A stretch of DNA of 64,000 nt, taken from a virus. Taxonomy: Duplodnaviria > Caudoviricetes. Below, piece by piece: positions 1-9,239 of the stretch (its first letter is position 1; every line of letters starts with the position of its first letter). The notes under the pieces were generated by a model, which saw only the letters and a program-made list of their open reading frames with translations, did not search any database and was not told the DNA's origin. The stretch is taken from the IMG/VR virus record IMGVR_UViG_3300047400_000324, positions 11,757-75,756 of that record; one strand, 5' to 3'. The position numbers and the translations under genes were made by a program.

Positions 1-1137
1 AGTTTTTATGAAAAATATGCGCCGTCTTGGTTAGGTGGAAAAGAAGCTCCTAAACAAACAGATGCAACCCCTTCTGATGCTGGAGGAGGTGGAGATCAAA
101 TATCTAATATACTTGCAACTATACGATCTAAAGAATCTAATACAGCTGGTGGATATAAAGCAAAAAATCCAAATTCTTCTGCTTCAGGCGCTTATCAGTT
201 TTTAGATGGAACATGGCAAGCTTTGACAAAAAAATACAATATAGGTACAGAATATCAACATGCAATGGATGCACCTCCTGAAATACAAGATGCTGTTGCT
301 AGAAATCATGTAAGCGATATATTAAAACAGGTCAATGGAGATGTATCGAAAATACCTATAGTTTGGTATACAGGAAATCCACAAGGAAAATCTAATGCAG
401 TAAGCCAGGAAGTAATTTTAAAATACCAACAAGAATGGATGGCAAATTACAGTAAATTGGGAGGTGGAGAACAGATTGCCGATGCTTCTAAACCTAGCGA
501 GGCAACAAAGACTGGTGGAAAATTAACTACTCAATCTGGAATTTCATTGGAAGGTGTCGATCCCAATGTTGTTGCTGGTGTTGAAAAAATTCAATCTGCA
601 TTTGGAAAAAATCTAGTTATAAGCAGTGGCGTTAGAACTTCAGCAACTCCAGGAGTAGGCGGACAAGATCCACATCAAAAACATGCAGCGGTAGATATTT
701 CTTATAAATCTAGTGGTATAGGTGAAAATGATATAAAAACATTGGCTTCGCTTGCATTGAATGCTGGATTTACTGGTATAGGGTTGGAAGATACACATTT
801 ACATTTAGATAATTCGCATGCAGTAAAAACATTATGGGGTCAAGATTATCATTTTGGTTCTGCTCCGGAATGGGCAAAAACTATGACAGATTGGGGAAAT
901 GCTGGTGTAAAAATGGCAAGTGCACCAACTTCTGGTCAACAATTGAGCGCACAATCCGGTAGAATAGAAGCATCCGAACAAGCAGCTATGGCAAATCAAA
1001 CTACAAATATGACCATGAATTCTCAATCGCAAACTTCTCCAAATCCACCGGTTTTAAATAATAATTCATCGAACTTTCAAGATATTTCTATAATGACAAG
1101 ATTGCAACAAACTTTCCCACAAGCATGGGCAGCATAA
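1..1137 (+). CDS. 5'-truncated baseplate/tail-associated protein with lytic transglycosylase-like and peptidase M15-like domains
   Basis: Frame is open from base 1 (SFYEKY...ATIRSKESNTAGGYKAKNPNSSASGAYQFLDGTW), an SLT/lysozyme-like ES...GAYQF motif. Later ISSGVR...HQKHAAVD...GFTGIG...HLHLD resembles M15 Zn-peptidases. Confidence 0.7.
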   Translation, partial: SFYEKYAPSWLGGKEAPKQTDATPSDAGGGGDQISNILATIRSKESNTAGGYKAKNPNSSASGAYQFLDGTWQALTKKYNIGTEYQHAMDAPPEIQDAVARNHVSDILKQVNGDVSKIPIVWYTGNPQGKSNAVSQEVILKYQQEWMANYSKLGGGEQIADASKPSEATKTGGKLTTQSGISLEGVDPNVVAGVEKIQSAFGKNLVISSGVRTSATPGVGGQDPHQKHAAVDISYKSSGIGENDIKTLASLALNAGFTGIGLEDTHLHLDNSHAVKTLWGQDYHFGSAPEWAKTMTDWGNAGVKMASAPTSGQQLSAQSGRIEASEQAAMANQTTNMTMNSQSQTSPNPPVLNNNSSNFQDISIMTRLQQTFPQAWAA

Positions 1138-1141
1138 ACAA

Positions 1142-3388
1142 ATGGCAAGAAAACCGAAAGAAGCAATAACTCCCGATACCGATATAAGCAACTTCTCTCC
1201 TGAAGTTCAGAAAAGATTAAGAGAAGAATTGGACAAATATTTGTCCGATAAATTGGCTATGGAAACTAAACCAGCATCACAAGATGATAATATCATATCT
1301 GTAGATGAAAATAATTCAGACAATCTATTGAAAAAAGTTTCAATAGAAAAAGAAATAGAACAACATCCAAAAACTATAGAAGAATCTTTAGAAAAAGAAA
1401 TAGATTTAGCCGAAAAAGAAGACGAAATACAAGAAAACGAAAGTGTTCTTGTTGTAGACGATTCTCAACATCCTCCGAAAATAAAAAAAGCGAAATTGCC
1501 AGAAATTGTTAAAAGAGGTAGAAAAAGAAAAGAAGATAATAGACCTATTTTGCAAAGAATGGCATCGGATTTATATGCAACTCTTTTTCCAGGTATCAAA
1601 GATACAACGGATTATATCGGCAAAACTTCTAAAATAACAAAATCAGATGGATTAGGTTCGGCATTAAAAACTGCTGGGCCCGATTTATTTTCTACATTAT
1701 TCCCAGATATAGCAAAAGTATTTAAATATTTCAAAAAAACAGAGGATGATAAAAAAGAACAAGATTCAGAATCCTCATATAAAGAATTTGCATCGCAAAG
1801 ACCTATAATAAATGCGTTAAATCAAACAAATCATAATATATTGTCTTTGAATGATAATTTAACAGACAGTTTGAATAATAGTAAAAAAATTACTTCATTA
1901 TTGCAAAATATTTTAGAATCAATGGATTCCATAAAACCCAATTCTTCGAATTTAAATTTACCGGATTTACTAGGTGGGGGAAGTTTTCTTACAGATTTAT
2001 TAGGATTAGGTAAATCGACTCCGAAATCTGGTAATTCTTTATTATCTAATGGATTATCACGTGGAAAAGACATTATCAGTTCTTTATTTAGATCACAAGC
2101 TGTAAGAACTTTATCGACAGTTGCAACTGAAAATGCATTGCCAGCTTTATTAGAAACACTTGCCGCTGGTGCTGCTACTATTTTTGCAATAAAAGGAGCA
2201 TTTTATTTAGCGGATAAATTGACACCAGAAAATGAAAAGGGAGCTATTACAAATCCTATTTCTTTATCTTTAATATCGCAAACACCAGAGAAATATAAAA
2301 TTAAAATTTTAACCGATAGTTTAAAGGAAGATGGATTTATAAAGGATAGAGAATATACAGTAGACGATATATTTAAAAAATATAATGTTAAACCAGAAGA
2401 ACGAGAATCTTTTTTAAAATCGCTTATCGACAGTAAAGATGTACAAATCAATTCTCCAATATCTTTAACAAATATAGAAGATGATATAAAGAAAAAATCT
2501 ATAAAATTGACGAATGATGTAATTGAGTCGAACGCCGATTTAAAAAATCACAATCTTGCAAAATTACAAGATTTTCTCGTTGATTTAGCAGAAAATTTTT
2601 ATAAATCTAGATTATATGATACATCGGCAGAAACAGAACTAGCATTGCCAGAATTTAAACGTTATATGACTGAAGAAGGTTTAAAATTTCTAAAAATAAC
2701 ACCAGCAACATCAACAACATCACCAGCAACACCAGCAGAAACAACGCCTACAGCAACACCAACAACACCAGCAGAAACAACTTCTACAACACCACCAGCA
2801 ACACCATCAGCAACACCAGCAGAAACAACGCCTAATACTGAATCCAATGTCCGCAAAGAATCATTTAAAATTGGTGGGGAAACAATTTCAAAGGGTAATA
2901 AATTATCGTCAATTCAAATATCGGCGATTCGCGCTGCATTACAAACAAATCCAGAAAATAGAAATTTATATCCAGAATGGGTTATAAATCAATATAATGA
3001 ACAAATTAAAAATGCAACCCCAGTAAAACCGCCGGAAGCACAAACTAAACAATCTCCAGCAGCAACACCAGCAGGAACAACGACTACAACACCATCGGGA
3101 GCACAAACTAAACAACCACCAGCAGCAACACCATCATCAGGTGCACCTAAAACAGGTCCCGCATTGAAAACACAATCGGAATCGTACGATCAATCTAAAA
3201 GACCGACACCACCACCTTCAACAGCTTCTCCTCCTGTAGGAGAAAGTGGAAAGGGTGGCGGTGCCACAACAGGTGCTAAATCTCCAACAGACATGGGCGA
3301 TCCAGGAAATGTTGAACCGCCCAATGCCGCTGAAAGATTTAAAGAGTTGTTTAAGTCATTTTTTGATTATAGCAAGATACCCACTTAA
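1142..3388 (+). CDS. Large virion structural protein (baseplate hub/tape-measure-like) with Pro/Thr/Ala-rich C-terminal repeats
   Basis: 748 aa ORF following the tail hydrolase gene and converging on gene 32, a position typical of T4-like hub genes. Function is inferred from synteny only. Confidence 0.45.
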   Translation: MARKPKEAITPDTDISNFSPEVQKRLREELDKYLSDKLAMETKPASQDDNIISVDENNSDNLLKKVSIEKEIEQHPKTIEESLEKEIDLAEKEDEIQENESVLVVDDSQHPPKIKKAKLPEIVKRGRKRKEDNRPILQRMASDLYATLFPGIKDTTDYIGKTSKITKSDGLGSALKTAGPDLFSTLFPDIAKVFKYFKKTEDDKKEQDSESSYKEFASQRPIINALNQTNHNILSLNDNLTDSLNNSKKITSLLQNILESMDSIKPNSSNLNLPDLLGGGSFLTDLLGLGKSTPKSGNSLLSNGLSRGKDIISSLFRSQAVRTLSTVATENALPALLETLAAGAATIFAIKGAFYLADKLTPENEKGAITNPISLSLISQTPEKYKIKILTDSLKEDGFIKDREYTVDDIFKKYNVKPEERESFLKSLIDSKDVQINSPISLTNIEDDIKKKSIKLTNDVIESNADLKNHNLAKLQDFLVDLAENFYKSRLYDTSAETELALPEFKRYMTEEGLKFLKITPATSTTSPATPAETTPTATPTTPAETTSTTPPATPSATPAETTPNTESNVRKESFKIGGETISKGNKLSSIQISAIRAALQTNPENRNLYPEWVINQYNEQIKNATPVKPPEAQTKQSPAATPAGTTTTTPSGAQTKQPPAATPSSGAPKTGPALKTQSESYDQSKRPTPPPSTASPPVGESGKGGGATTGAKSPTDMGDPGNVEPPNAAERFKELFKSFFDYSKIPT
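2701..3135 (+). repeat. Intragenic imperfect tandem repeats encoding TPAETT and AQTKQ(S/P)PAATP units
   Basis: acaccagcagaaacaac occurs three times in 2728-2830; cacaaactaaacaa..ccagcagcaacacca occurs twice in 3040-3135. Confidence 0.85.
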
Positions 3389-3400
3389 GATTGAAAAATC

Positions 3401-4330
3401 TTATCGACTGAGCTTTTGGAAAAACTTCAAATCGGTATCGTCTTCATCATCGTCATTCGATGATGCCATTTGACGAGTCGGCTTGGAATTATTCCAAGGA
3501 GCATCTTCATCCTCATCGTCAGAAGAAGTCCTCTGAGCCGCTGCCATTCTAGATGCTTGTGGAGTAGGCTTTCCGTTGTCATTCAATCCAAGAACACGAT
3601 TCAATTTTGCCTTCAATTCATCATAAGACTTGAAATTGGAAGGAGCAAGGAAAGCTTGCAATGAATGTTCTTGCTTCCAAATAGCTTCCATTTGTTCATC
3701 GTCATCGAACAGAGGCGAAGGATTTGCAAATTCTGACTTATCATAATTGCGATATCCTTCTACATTTCGAATCTTAAGTTTAAATGTAGCACCAGTCCAA
3801 AGATCGAATGGATTCATAGGATCTTCATCAGCAAATTGTGGATTCATTGCTTCATTCAACTTATCGTAAATCTTCTTTCCAAACTTGTAAAGCCGAACTG
3901 TTCCATTGTTTTGAGGATTTGCTTGATCTTGAATGATATAAATGTTTGAAATGAAATTGAGTTTACGCTTTTGATCGCGAGCTTGCTTACGTGTGGGAGA
4001 ATTATCATCGTCCGACATGTTCCAAAGCTTCGAATTCAATTCCCCACAAGGATCAGGCTTATTGATCGTTGTAAGAGAATTTTCGATATACCAAAGACCA
4101 GTAGGTCCCTTGAATCCATGTTCCCAAACACGAACAAACGGAACTTCTTCATCTCCAGGCGCAGGCAAAAAACGAATGGACGCAAATCCATTCCCAGCCT
4201 TATCTACATCCGGATACCAAAAACGTTCGTCGCGACCTGTTTCTTGATTTGTATTGAGCTTCGCCAATTCAGCAGTCAATTGGCCAAGCGAACTAGAACC
4301 AGAGTTCTTTTTAAGCGCAGAAAAATCCAT
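3401..4330 (-). CDS. 32: Single-stranded DNA-binding protein gp32
   Basis: DERFWYP.VDKAGNGFASIRFLPAP, HGFKGPTGLWYIENSLTT, YKFGKKI and an acidic C-terminal tail. Confidence 0.97.
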   Translation of the reverse strand: MDFSALKKNSGSSSLGQLTAELAKLNTNQETGRDERFWYPDVDKAGNGFASIRFLPAPGDEEVPFVRVWEHGFKGPTGLWYIENSLTTINKPDPCGELNSKLWNMSDDDNSPTRKQARDQKRKLNFISNIYIIQDQANPQNNGTVRLYKFGKKIYDKLNEAMNPQFADEDPMNPFDLWTGATFKLKIRNVEGYRNYDKSEFANPSPLFDDDEQMEAIWKQEHSLQAFLAPSNFKSYDELKAKLNRVLGLNDNGKPTPQASRMAAAQRTSSDDEDEDAPWNNSKPTRQMASSNDDDEDDTDLKFFQKLSR

Positions 4331-4340
4331 TTTATACTCC

Positions 4341-4391
4341 TGTATATTAGTATATGATTGTATAATTAGTATGTGATTGTATAATTAGTAT
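4341..4391 (-). repeat. About 2.6 copies of a 19-nt AT-rich repeat in the gene 32 leader
   Basis: attagtat(a/g)tgattgtata at 4346-4364 and 4365-4383, partial copy from 4384, immediately upstream of the SD (GGAG). Confidence 0.85.
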
Positions 4392-4411
4392 TTGGATCAT
4401 CGATCCAAATA

Positions 4412-4419
4412 TATTTATA
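4412..4419 (-). promoter_or_regulatory. T4-type late promoter TATAAATA upstream of gene 32
   Basis: Exact TATAAATA on the minus strand; the cognate gp55 sigma factor is in the window. Confidence 0.75.
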
Positions 4420-4430
4420 ATGAGATTGAA

Positions 4431-4523
4431 TGGTGGGAGTGGTAAGAGTCGAACTTACAATGTTTACCATATAGGACGCGATTTACAGTCGCGGGATGCA
4501 CACGCCATAGCATCAACACTCCC
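4431..4523 (-). tRNA. tRNA-Tyr (GUA)
   Basis: Acceptor GGGAGTG/CACTCCC-A-CCA, anticodon arm CGCGA-CTGTAAA-TCGCG, long variable region, T loop TTCGACT. Confidence 0.9.
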
Positions 4524-4534
4524 TCAATAATTCC

Positions 4535-4562
4535 AATATATCGTATATTTTGTATATGTCAA
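4535..4562 (-). promoter_or_regulatory. Sigma70-like promoter for tRNA-Tyr
   Basis: TTGACA-N16-TATATT just upstream of the tRNA. Confidence 0.6.
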
Positions 4563-4564
4563 CA

Positions 4565-4741
4565 TCAATTTTGATATATACCATAGAAAATGATGTATTT
4601 AACCTCTACAATATTGAATAAATCTTCAGTTAAGATTTCAGAAACATAATTTTGAATATGCAAGCAAATTAGATCATTGAGTCTATCAATGAAATAATCG
4701 CAATTATCGATATTGCATTTTACGGATTTTGGTTTTTTCAT
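4565..4741 (-). CDS. Small hypothetical protein (58 aa, not in the ORF track)
   Basis: MKKPKSVKCNIDNCDYF...; its ATG overlaps the phoH stop (ATGA coupling). Confidence 0.45.
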   Translation of the reverse strand: MKKPKSVKCNIDNCDYFIDRLNDLICLHIQNYVSEILTEDLFNIVEVKYIIFYGIYQN

Positions 4742-5505
4742 AATGGCTGTATTTCACCCAATTCTTCTAATCGTTCTCTTTCTAGCAAATATTCTTTCAC
4801 TATATCGCCGCGAACAATATCTTTACTAGTAAATTCAATTGTATTGAAAGAATTCATATTTCTTATTACTTTAAAAAAATCGCCGAATCCTGATTCTTCT
4901 TTTCTTGGATTCAAATCGTTCTGTTTAACATCTCCAGCTATAATTACTCTGCATTTTTTTCCAATGCGAGTAAAAACAGAATTTATTTCAGAAGCAGTCA
5001 TATTTTGCAATTCATCGATAAACACAACAGAATTGTTTACAGTAATGCCTCTAACAAATGAAGTGGTCACAAATTCTACTAAATTCTTATTCTTTAAGAA
5101 ATCATAAGCATCTCCACGTCCAAATATTTCTGAAAATATAGAATAATATGGAGCTTCATAGACTTTCGATTTTTCACGATTTGATCCTGGAAGAAATCCC
5201 ATATCTCTTGTAGGAACTACGGATCTGACAATCAACATTTTTTCATAATCTTGTTGCTGCAATATACAATTCATACCCATATAAGCAGATAGAAAAGATT
5301 TACCGGTACCAGCAGTACCAACAAGCAACAAATTTTTTCCAGATTTCCAAGAATCAAATGTTATTTCTTGATTTTTTGTAAGAGGTTCTATGAATTTGAG
5401 ATCGAAATGAAGTTTTTCGAATATATTTTGTTGAGAATTTTCATTCGATACCCTTTCCTGTCTTTGTTGTCTTCTTTCTTTTCTTGAAATTCTTTTAGTA
5501 GTCAT
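4738..5505 (-). CDS. phoH: PhoH-like ATPase
   Basis: GTAGTGKS Walker A, IVRSVVPTRDMGFLPG, FVRGIT, DELQN, GDVKQNDL and DIVR motifs. Confidence 0.95.
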   Translation of the reverse strand: MTTKRISRKERRQQRQERVSNENSQQNIFEKLHFDLKFIEPLTKNQEITFDSWKSGKNLLLVGTAGTGKSFLSAYMGMNCILQQQDYEKMLIVRSVVPTRDMGFLPGSNREKSKVYEAPYYSIFSEIFGRGDAYDFLKNKNLVEFVTTSFVRGITVNNSVVFIDELQNMTASEINSVFTRIGKKCRVIIAGDVKQNDLNPRKEESGFGDFFKVIRNMNSFNTIEFTSKDIVRGDIVKEYLLERERLEELGEIQPL

Positions 5506-5515
5506 GGAATCCTAT

Positions 5516-5764
5516 TTAAAAATCATTGATGGTGCTTTTTGTCAATCCTCGTGAATGTGTCTTTTTGATTTCACGCAATCTATCACGAAAAGCATCATCT
5601 GGTTTACGTAAACCCATTCTAATACTATCTCCTAGAGCTGGAGCCTTCACTATTTGTTGTTGTATATGTTTATTCTTTTTTAAATATTTATCTCGTTCAG
5701 CAATACTCATCATTTCTTGCACAATATCGCCAGTTTCTGTGTTCAAAAATGTGTATATTGGCAT
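5516..5764 (-). CDS. Conserved T4-like small protein (FmdB-like N-terminus, MPIYTF)
   Basis: MPxYxF.N..TG pattern common next to phoH in T4-like phages. Confidence 0.6.
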   Translation of the reverse strand: MPIYTFLNTETGDIVQEMMSIAERDKYLKKNKHIQQQIVKAPALGDSIRMGLRKPDDAFRDRLREIKKTHSRGLTKSTINDF

Positions 5765-5767
5765 AAT

Positions 5768-5968
5768 TCAATACTTGCAATTTCTATAACTGAAAAAATC
5801 TTCTTCATCGTCAATATCCATAAGTCTGTCTACGTTTTTCGATCTAATCAAATTTCGCATACGTTTTTCGAATCGTTTCTGTTTACTCTGCATATGATTT
5901 ACACCATAATCATCGCCATAATCATCGTATTGAATACGGCGATCGTCTCTGCTTCTAGATTTTCCCAT
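5768..5968 (-). CDS. Hypothetical protein
   Basis: In-operon ORF; its start abuts the upstream stop. Confidence 0.6.
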   Translation of the reverse strand: MGKSRSRDDRRIQYDDYGDDYGVNHMQSKQKRFEKRMRNLIRSKNVDRLMDIDDEEDFFSYRNCKY

Positions 5969-6391
5969 TTAAATAAGCCCCGGAAATGCTTTATTGATGA
6001 TATCTTTTGTTACACCTGGATATGGCAAATTTTTGTCTTTCATGTGCAATAACAATTTTGCATCGTCTTTATCTACCGATTCTAACAATTCGATGAACAA
6101 AGATTCTCTACGAATTTGTTTCAAATTTGGATTTCCATTTTTTGTAAACAAATATAAACGTCTATATTCCGAATACAAAATATTTTGCTGATCCACCAAA
6201 TCGTTTTCTTTATAGGGCGGATTTCCTTCAGGCAGCTGCCACTCAATCGATGGATCGAGAGCACCTTTCAAAATACCACGAAGAACGTTGCTATCGTTTT
6301 GCCTAAGCCAACCAATACGCATTTTTTCGTCTTTTATTTCTGAAGCCTTTTTCAGTATTTCGCTTATACCAAGTTTCATTTTTTTACACAA
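5969..6391 (-). CDS. Conserved T4-like hypothetical protein
   Basis: W.LPEG.PPY and RE.LFI.LLE pattern typical of the gene following rnh in T4-like phages. Confidence 0.7.
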   Translation of the reverse strand: MCKKMKLGISEILKKASEIKDEKMRIGWLRQNDSNVLRGILKGALDPSIEWQLPEGNPPYKENDLVDQQNILYSEYRRLYLFTKNGNPNLKQIRRESLFIELLESVDKDDAKLLLHMKDKNLPYPGVTKDIINKAFPGLI

Positions 6392-7238
6392 AGTCTCCTA
6401 TATTTTCTGTGAGATTTCTTAGTCTATTAGCAATAAAATAGTTCAACAAGTTTGGACTTTTCTTATTTTCTTGATTATCAAAGCTTTCCATAACTTGAAG
6501 TTTGATTCTATTAGGTATTTGAGATAAATCGATAAGTGTTTTATTGCGAGTATAATTTCTAAAACATTCATGATCGAATTTACCAATCAAATTTGTATTC
6601 ATCAATGCATCCATTCGTTTTTTAGTGAGAGGCTTCTGTCTTTCGTTTATAACAAAACAATTGTCAGAAGACAAAACGTTTGGAATACCATCGCTTACGT
6701 CGCCCTTCAAAATATGTTCTTCCAAAAATTTATCAGGATCATTGCATTTTATATATTTCTTCAAAACCGGATTATATTGTGTTACATTTATGTATTTTTG
6801 AAGTTGTTGAAAATCTTTGTCTCCGCTTAGAATAAGAATTTTCTCCGAAGTATTTCCAAATTCTTCACAAAGAGTTCCAATGATATCGTCAGCTTCCGCC
6901 GATTCAATATCGATAATTCTATAAGGAAAGTTTTCCTTCAATTCAGAACGAATTTTGTTCAGACATTCGAAAATATCTTTCCAATTCAATTCGGATTCTG
7001 TCTGAGATTTCTTGCGATTTGCTTTATAATAAGGAAAGACATGCTTGCGCCAGTAATTTCTGTTGTCGCAGGCAATAATCAATTCACCGTATTCGTCGGC
7101 AAACTTAGTTTTATACATACGAATAGAATTCAATACCATATGTCTTACCATTGGTTCATCTATCCGAGCATTTGTATGATTTCCAAGTTGTGCCATAATA
7201 TTCGATAACATAACTTGTGAAAAATCGAGAATAATAAT
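6384..7238 (-). CDS. rnh: RNase H / 5'-3' exonuclease (T4 Rnh family); probable ATT start at 7238
   Basis: DNRNYWRK..FPYYKANRKK, AEADDIIG, ILSGDKDFQQL, GDVSDGIPN. The family N-terminus IILDFSQV lies upstream of the ATG at 7211. Confidence 0.93.
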   Translation of the reverse strand: MIILDFSQVMLSNIMAQLGNHTNARIDEPMVRHMVLNSIRMYKTKFADEYGELIIACDNRNYWRKHVFPYYKANRKKSQTESELNWKDIFECLNKIRSELKENFPYRIIDIESAEADDIIGTLCEEFGNTSEKILILSGDKDFQQLQKYINVTQYNPVLKKYIKCNDPDKFLEEHILKGDVSDGIPNVLSSDNCFVINERQKPLTKKRMDALMNTNLIGKFDHECFRNYTRNKTLIDLSQIPNRIKLQVMESFDNQENKKSPNLLNYFIANRLRNLTENIGDFV

Positions 7239-7256
7239 AACACTTACTCCATAATA

Positions 7257-7646
7257 TCAATTAGAATTATCGGCATTTTTGTTTATAATAATTGAAAGAT
7301 TATCTGTCAATTTTAAATTGCCTTCATCGTCCTCATCGAAAAAACTGGTCGATATAATCTGAAGAGGATGACCTAAACTATAACATTTCAATAAAAAAGA
7401 CCTGATAGATTCTACAATCAGACATCCATCTTTATATAAAGATGGATCGCTATCGATGTTTGGATAGAATCCTAATACCGATAAACTATTGAAAAGCATA
7501 GGCAATACTGCATCAATACTTTCTTGAATATGAATGAATCTAAGATTTTCGATGTTATCGCAAATTTCCTCTTCACTAAGATGTTGAGTGATCTTAGACT
7601 TAGGATTACCTGGAAATTTTATAATGTTGTCGATAATATCATTCAT
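7257..7646 (-). CDS. Hypothetical protein
   Basis: 129 aa ORF preceded by TTGACA-N17-TATATT (7654-7682). Confidence 0.65.
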   Translation of the reverse strand: MNDIIDNIIKFPGNPKSKITQHLSEEEICDNIENLRFIHIQESIDAVLPMLFNSLSVLGFYPNIDSDPSLYKDGCLIVESIRSFLLKCYSLGHPLQIISTSFFDEDDEGNLKLTDNLSIIINKNADNSN

Positions 7647-7689
7647 GATTAGTAATATAACACTTATTTTTTACACTGTCAATCATTAT

Positions 7690-8268
7690 TTATAATACCA
7701 GAGAATTTTTATTCAAAGAATTTAAATATCTCATTTTTTGAGATATAGAATGCAATATCATCATATGAGTATCTTCAACAACTCCATAATTTGCAGAAGG
7801 AATATGAATAGAAACATCTGCAATTTCTTTTGCTTCTCCACCGGTAAATCCAGTAAGAGCAAAAGTCTTCATTCCTTTTGCTTTTGCCCTATTCAAACCA
7901 TTTATAATATTCTTTGAATTGCCGCTTGAAGAAATAGCAATTGCAATATCGTCTGAATTCGCGCCAATAAAATCCAATTGTTGCGAAAATATTTCATGGT
8001 ATCCAATATCGTTTGCTATAGCTGTGATCAAAGGCATATTTGAAGATAAACTCACTGCCTTGACTCTTATACCGGTATCGAGTCTTACGCCTTTGGATAT
8101 ATCGCATACCCAATGTTCGGCAATTGCAGCAGAACCACCATTTCCAAACAAATATACTGTAGGATTTCCTGACAATATCGAATTATACAATGTATCTACC
8201 GATTCTGCATTGACAAAATGCAATGCAGATGAAATGTTTTGTCTATAAGTTTCAAAATTTGTAATCAT
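7690..8268 (-). CDS. gmhA: Phosphoheptose isomerase (GmhA-type SIS protein)
   Basis: GNGGSAAIAEH, TAIANDIGY..IFSQQL, ISSSGNSKNI, LTGFTGG, VEDTHM. Confidence 0.88.
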   Translation of the reverse strand: MITNFETYRQNISSALHFVNAESVDTLYNSILSGNPTVYLFGNGGSAAIAEHWVCDISKGVRLDTGIRVKAVSLSSNMPLITAIANDIGYHEIFSQQLDFIGANSDDIAIAISSSGNSKNIINGLNRAKAKGMKTFALTGFTGGEAKEIADVSIHIPSANYGVVEDTHMMILHSISQKMRYLNSLNKNSLVL

Positions 8269-9239
8269 ATTGTTATAGCGGAGCTTCCCATATCTGTAAA
8301 ATTGAAGTGAAATCTTCTATATTCTTTCATTTTCGATTTAACGCTATCTTGATATTTTTGTGGCACATAAAATAACATATATCCACCGCCACCAGCACCT
8401 AACAATTTACCTCCCAATGCACCAGCAGACATTGCAGTTTCATACATATCGTCTATATGTTCATTTGTAATATTTGGTGCCAATTCTCGTTTCAATATCC
8501 ATCCTTCATGCAACAACGATCCAAAATCGTCAATCTTATTGTGCTTAAGATAATCGATAGATTGTTTTGCCAATTCTACCATGATTTTAGTATTTTCAAA
8601 GGTTTTACTGTTGGTTGAAATCATGTTTACTTGATTGGACAATATGTCGGATGTTTTTCTTGTAATTCCTGTATTGTAACACAATAAATTTTCATTCAAT
8701 GTTTTAATATTCGAAGTTTTCATTCCCAATGGAATAACTTCTACACCATCGTTATAAAAATGCATTGCATTGAATCCACCATATGCCGCAGCATATTGAT
8801 CCTGTTTTCCAATGGGTTCTCTACATTTTTCAATTTCGATATCGCAAGCCATTTCAGCCAAATCTTTTTTATTATAATCGTATTTCAAATGATTATAAAT
8901 TCCATTGATTAAACCTACAGTATAAGACGAACTTGAACCTAAACCAGAACCATTTGTCGTTATATCAGAAAAACTTACAATTTCTATATTCGATTTGACG
9001 TTGAAATGCTTCAATATTTCCTTAGCACGAGTATGCTTTACATTTTCAACATCATTTACTTGTTCGAATTCTGAATATATAACCTTTATATGTCTAGGTT
9101 CGCATTTGTTTATGGCAATTTGAATATGTTTATTTATAGATGTAGATACTACCAATCCTGGCGATTTTTCAAAAAATGCTGGAATGTCACTTCCTCCACC
9201 AAAAAATGACAATCTCAATGGAGTTTTCGTAACAATCAT
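8265..9239 (-). CDS. hddA: GHMP kinase, D-glycero-alpha-D-manno-heptose-7-phosphate kinase-like
   Basis: TPLRLSFFGGGSD, GSGLGSSSS, IGKQDQYAAAYGG, GGKLLGAGGGGY. Confidence 0.88.
   Translation of the reverse strand: MIVTKTPLRLSFFGGGSDIPAFFEKSPGLVVSTSINKHIQIAINKCEPRHIKVIYSEFEQVNDVENVKHTRAKEILKHFNVKSNIEIVSFSDITTNGSGLGSSSSYTVGLINGIYNHLKYDYNKKDLAEMACDIEIEKCREPIGKQDQYAAAYGGFNAMHFYNDGVEVIPLGMKTSNIKTLNENLLCYNTGITRKTSDILSNQVNMISTNSKTFENTKIMVELAKQSIDYLKHNKIDDFGSLLHEGWILKRELAPNITNEHIDDMYETAMSAGALGGKLLGAGGGGYMLFYVPQKYQDSVKSKMKEYRRFHFNFTDMGSSAITI

Noticed and set aside
4341-4391. Direct repeats as a mini-CRISPR array
   Set aside because: The units are contiguous with no spacers, and no cas genes are present.
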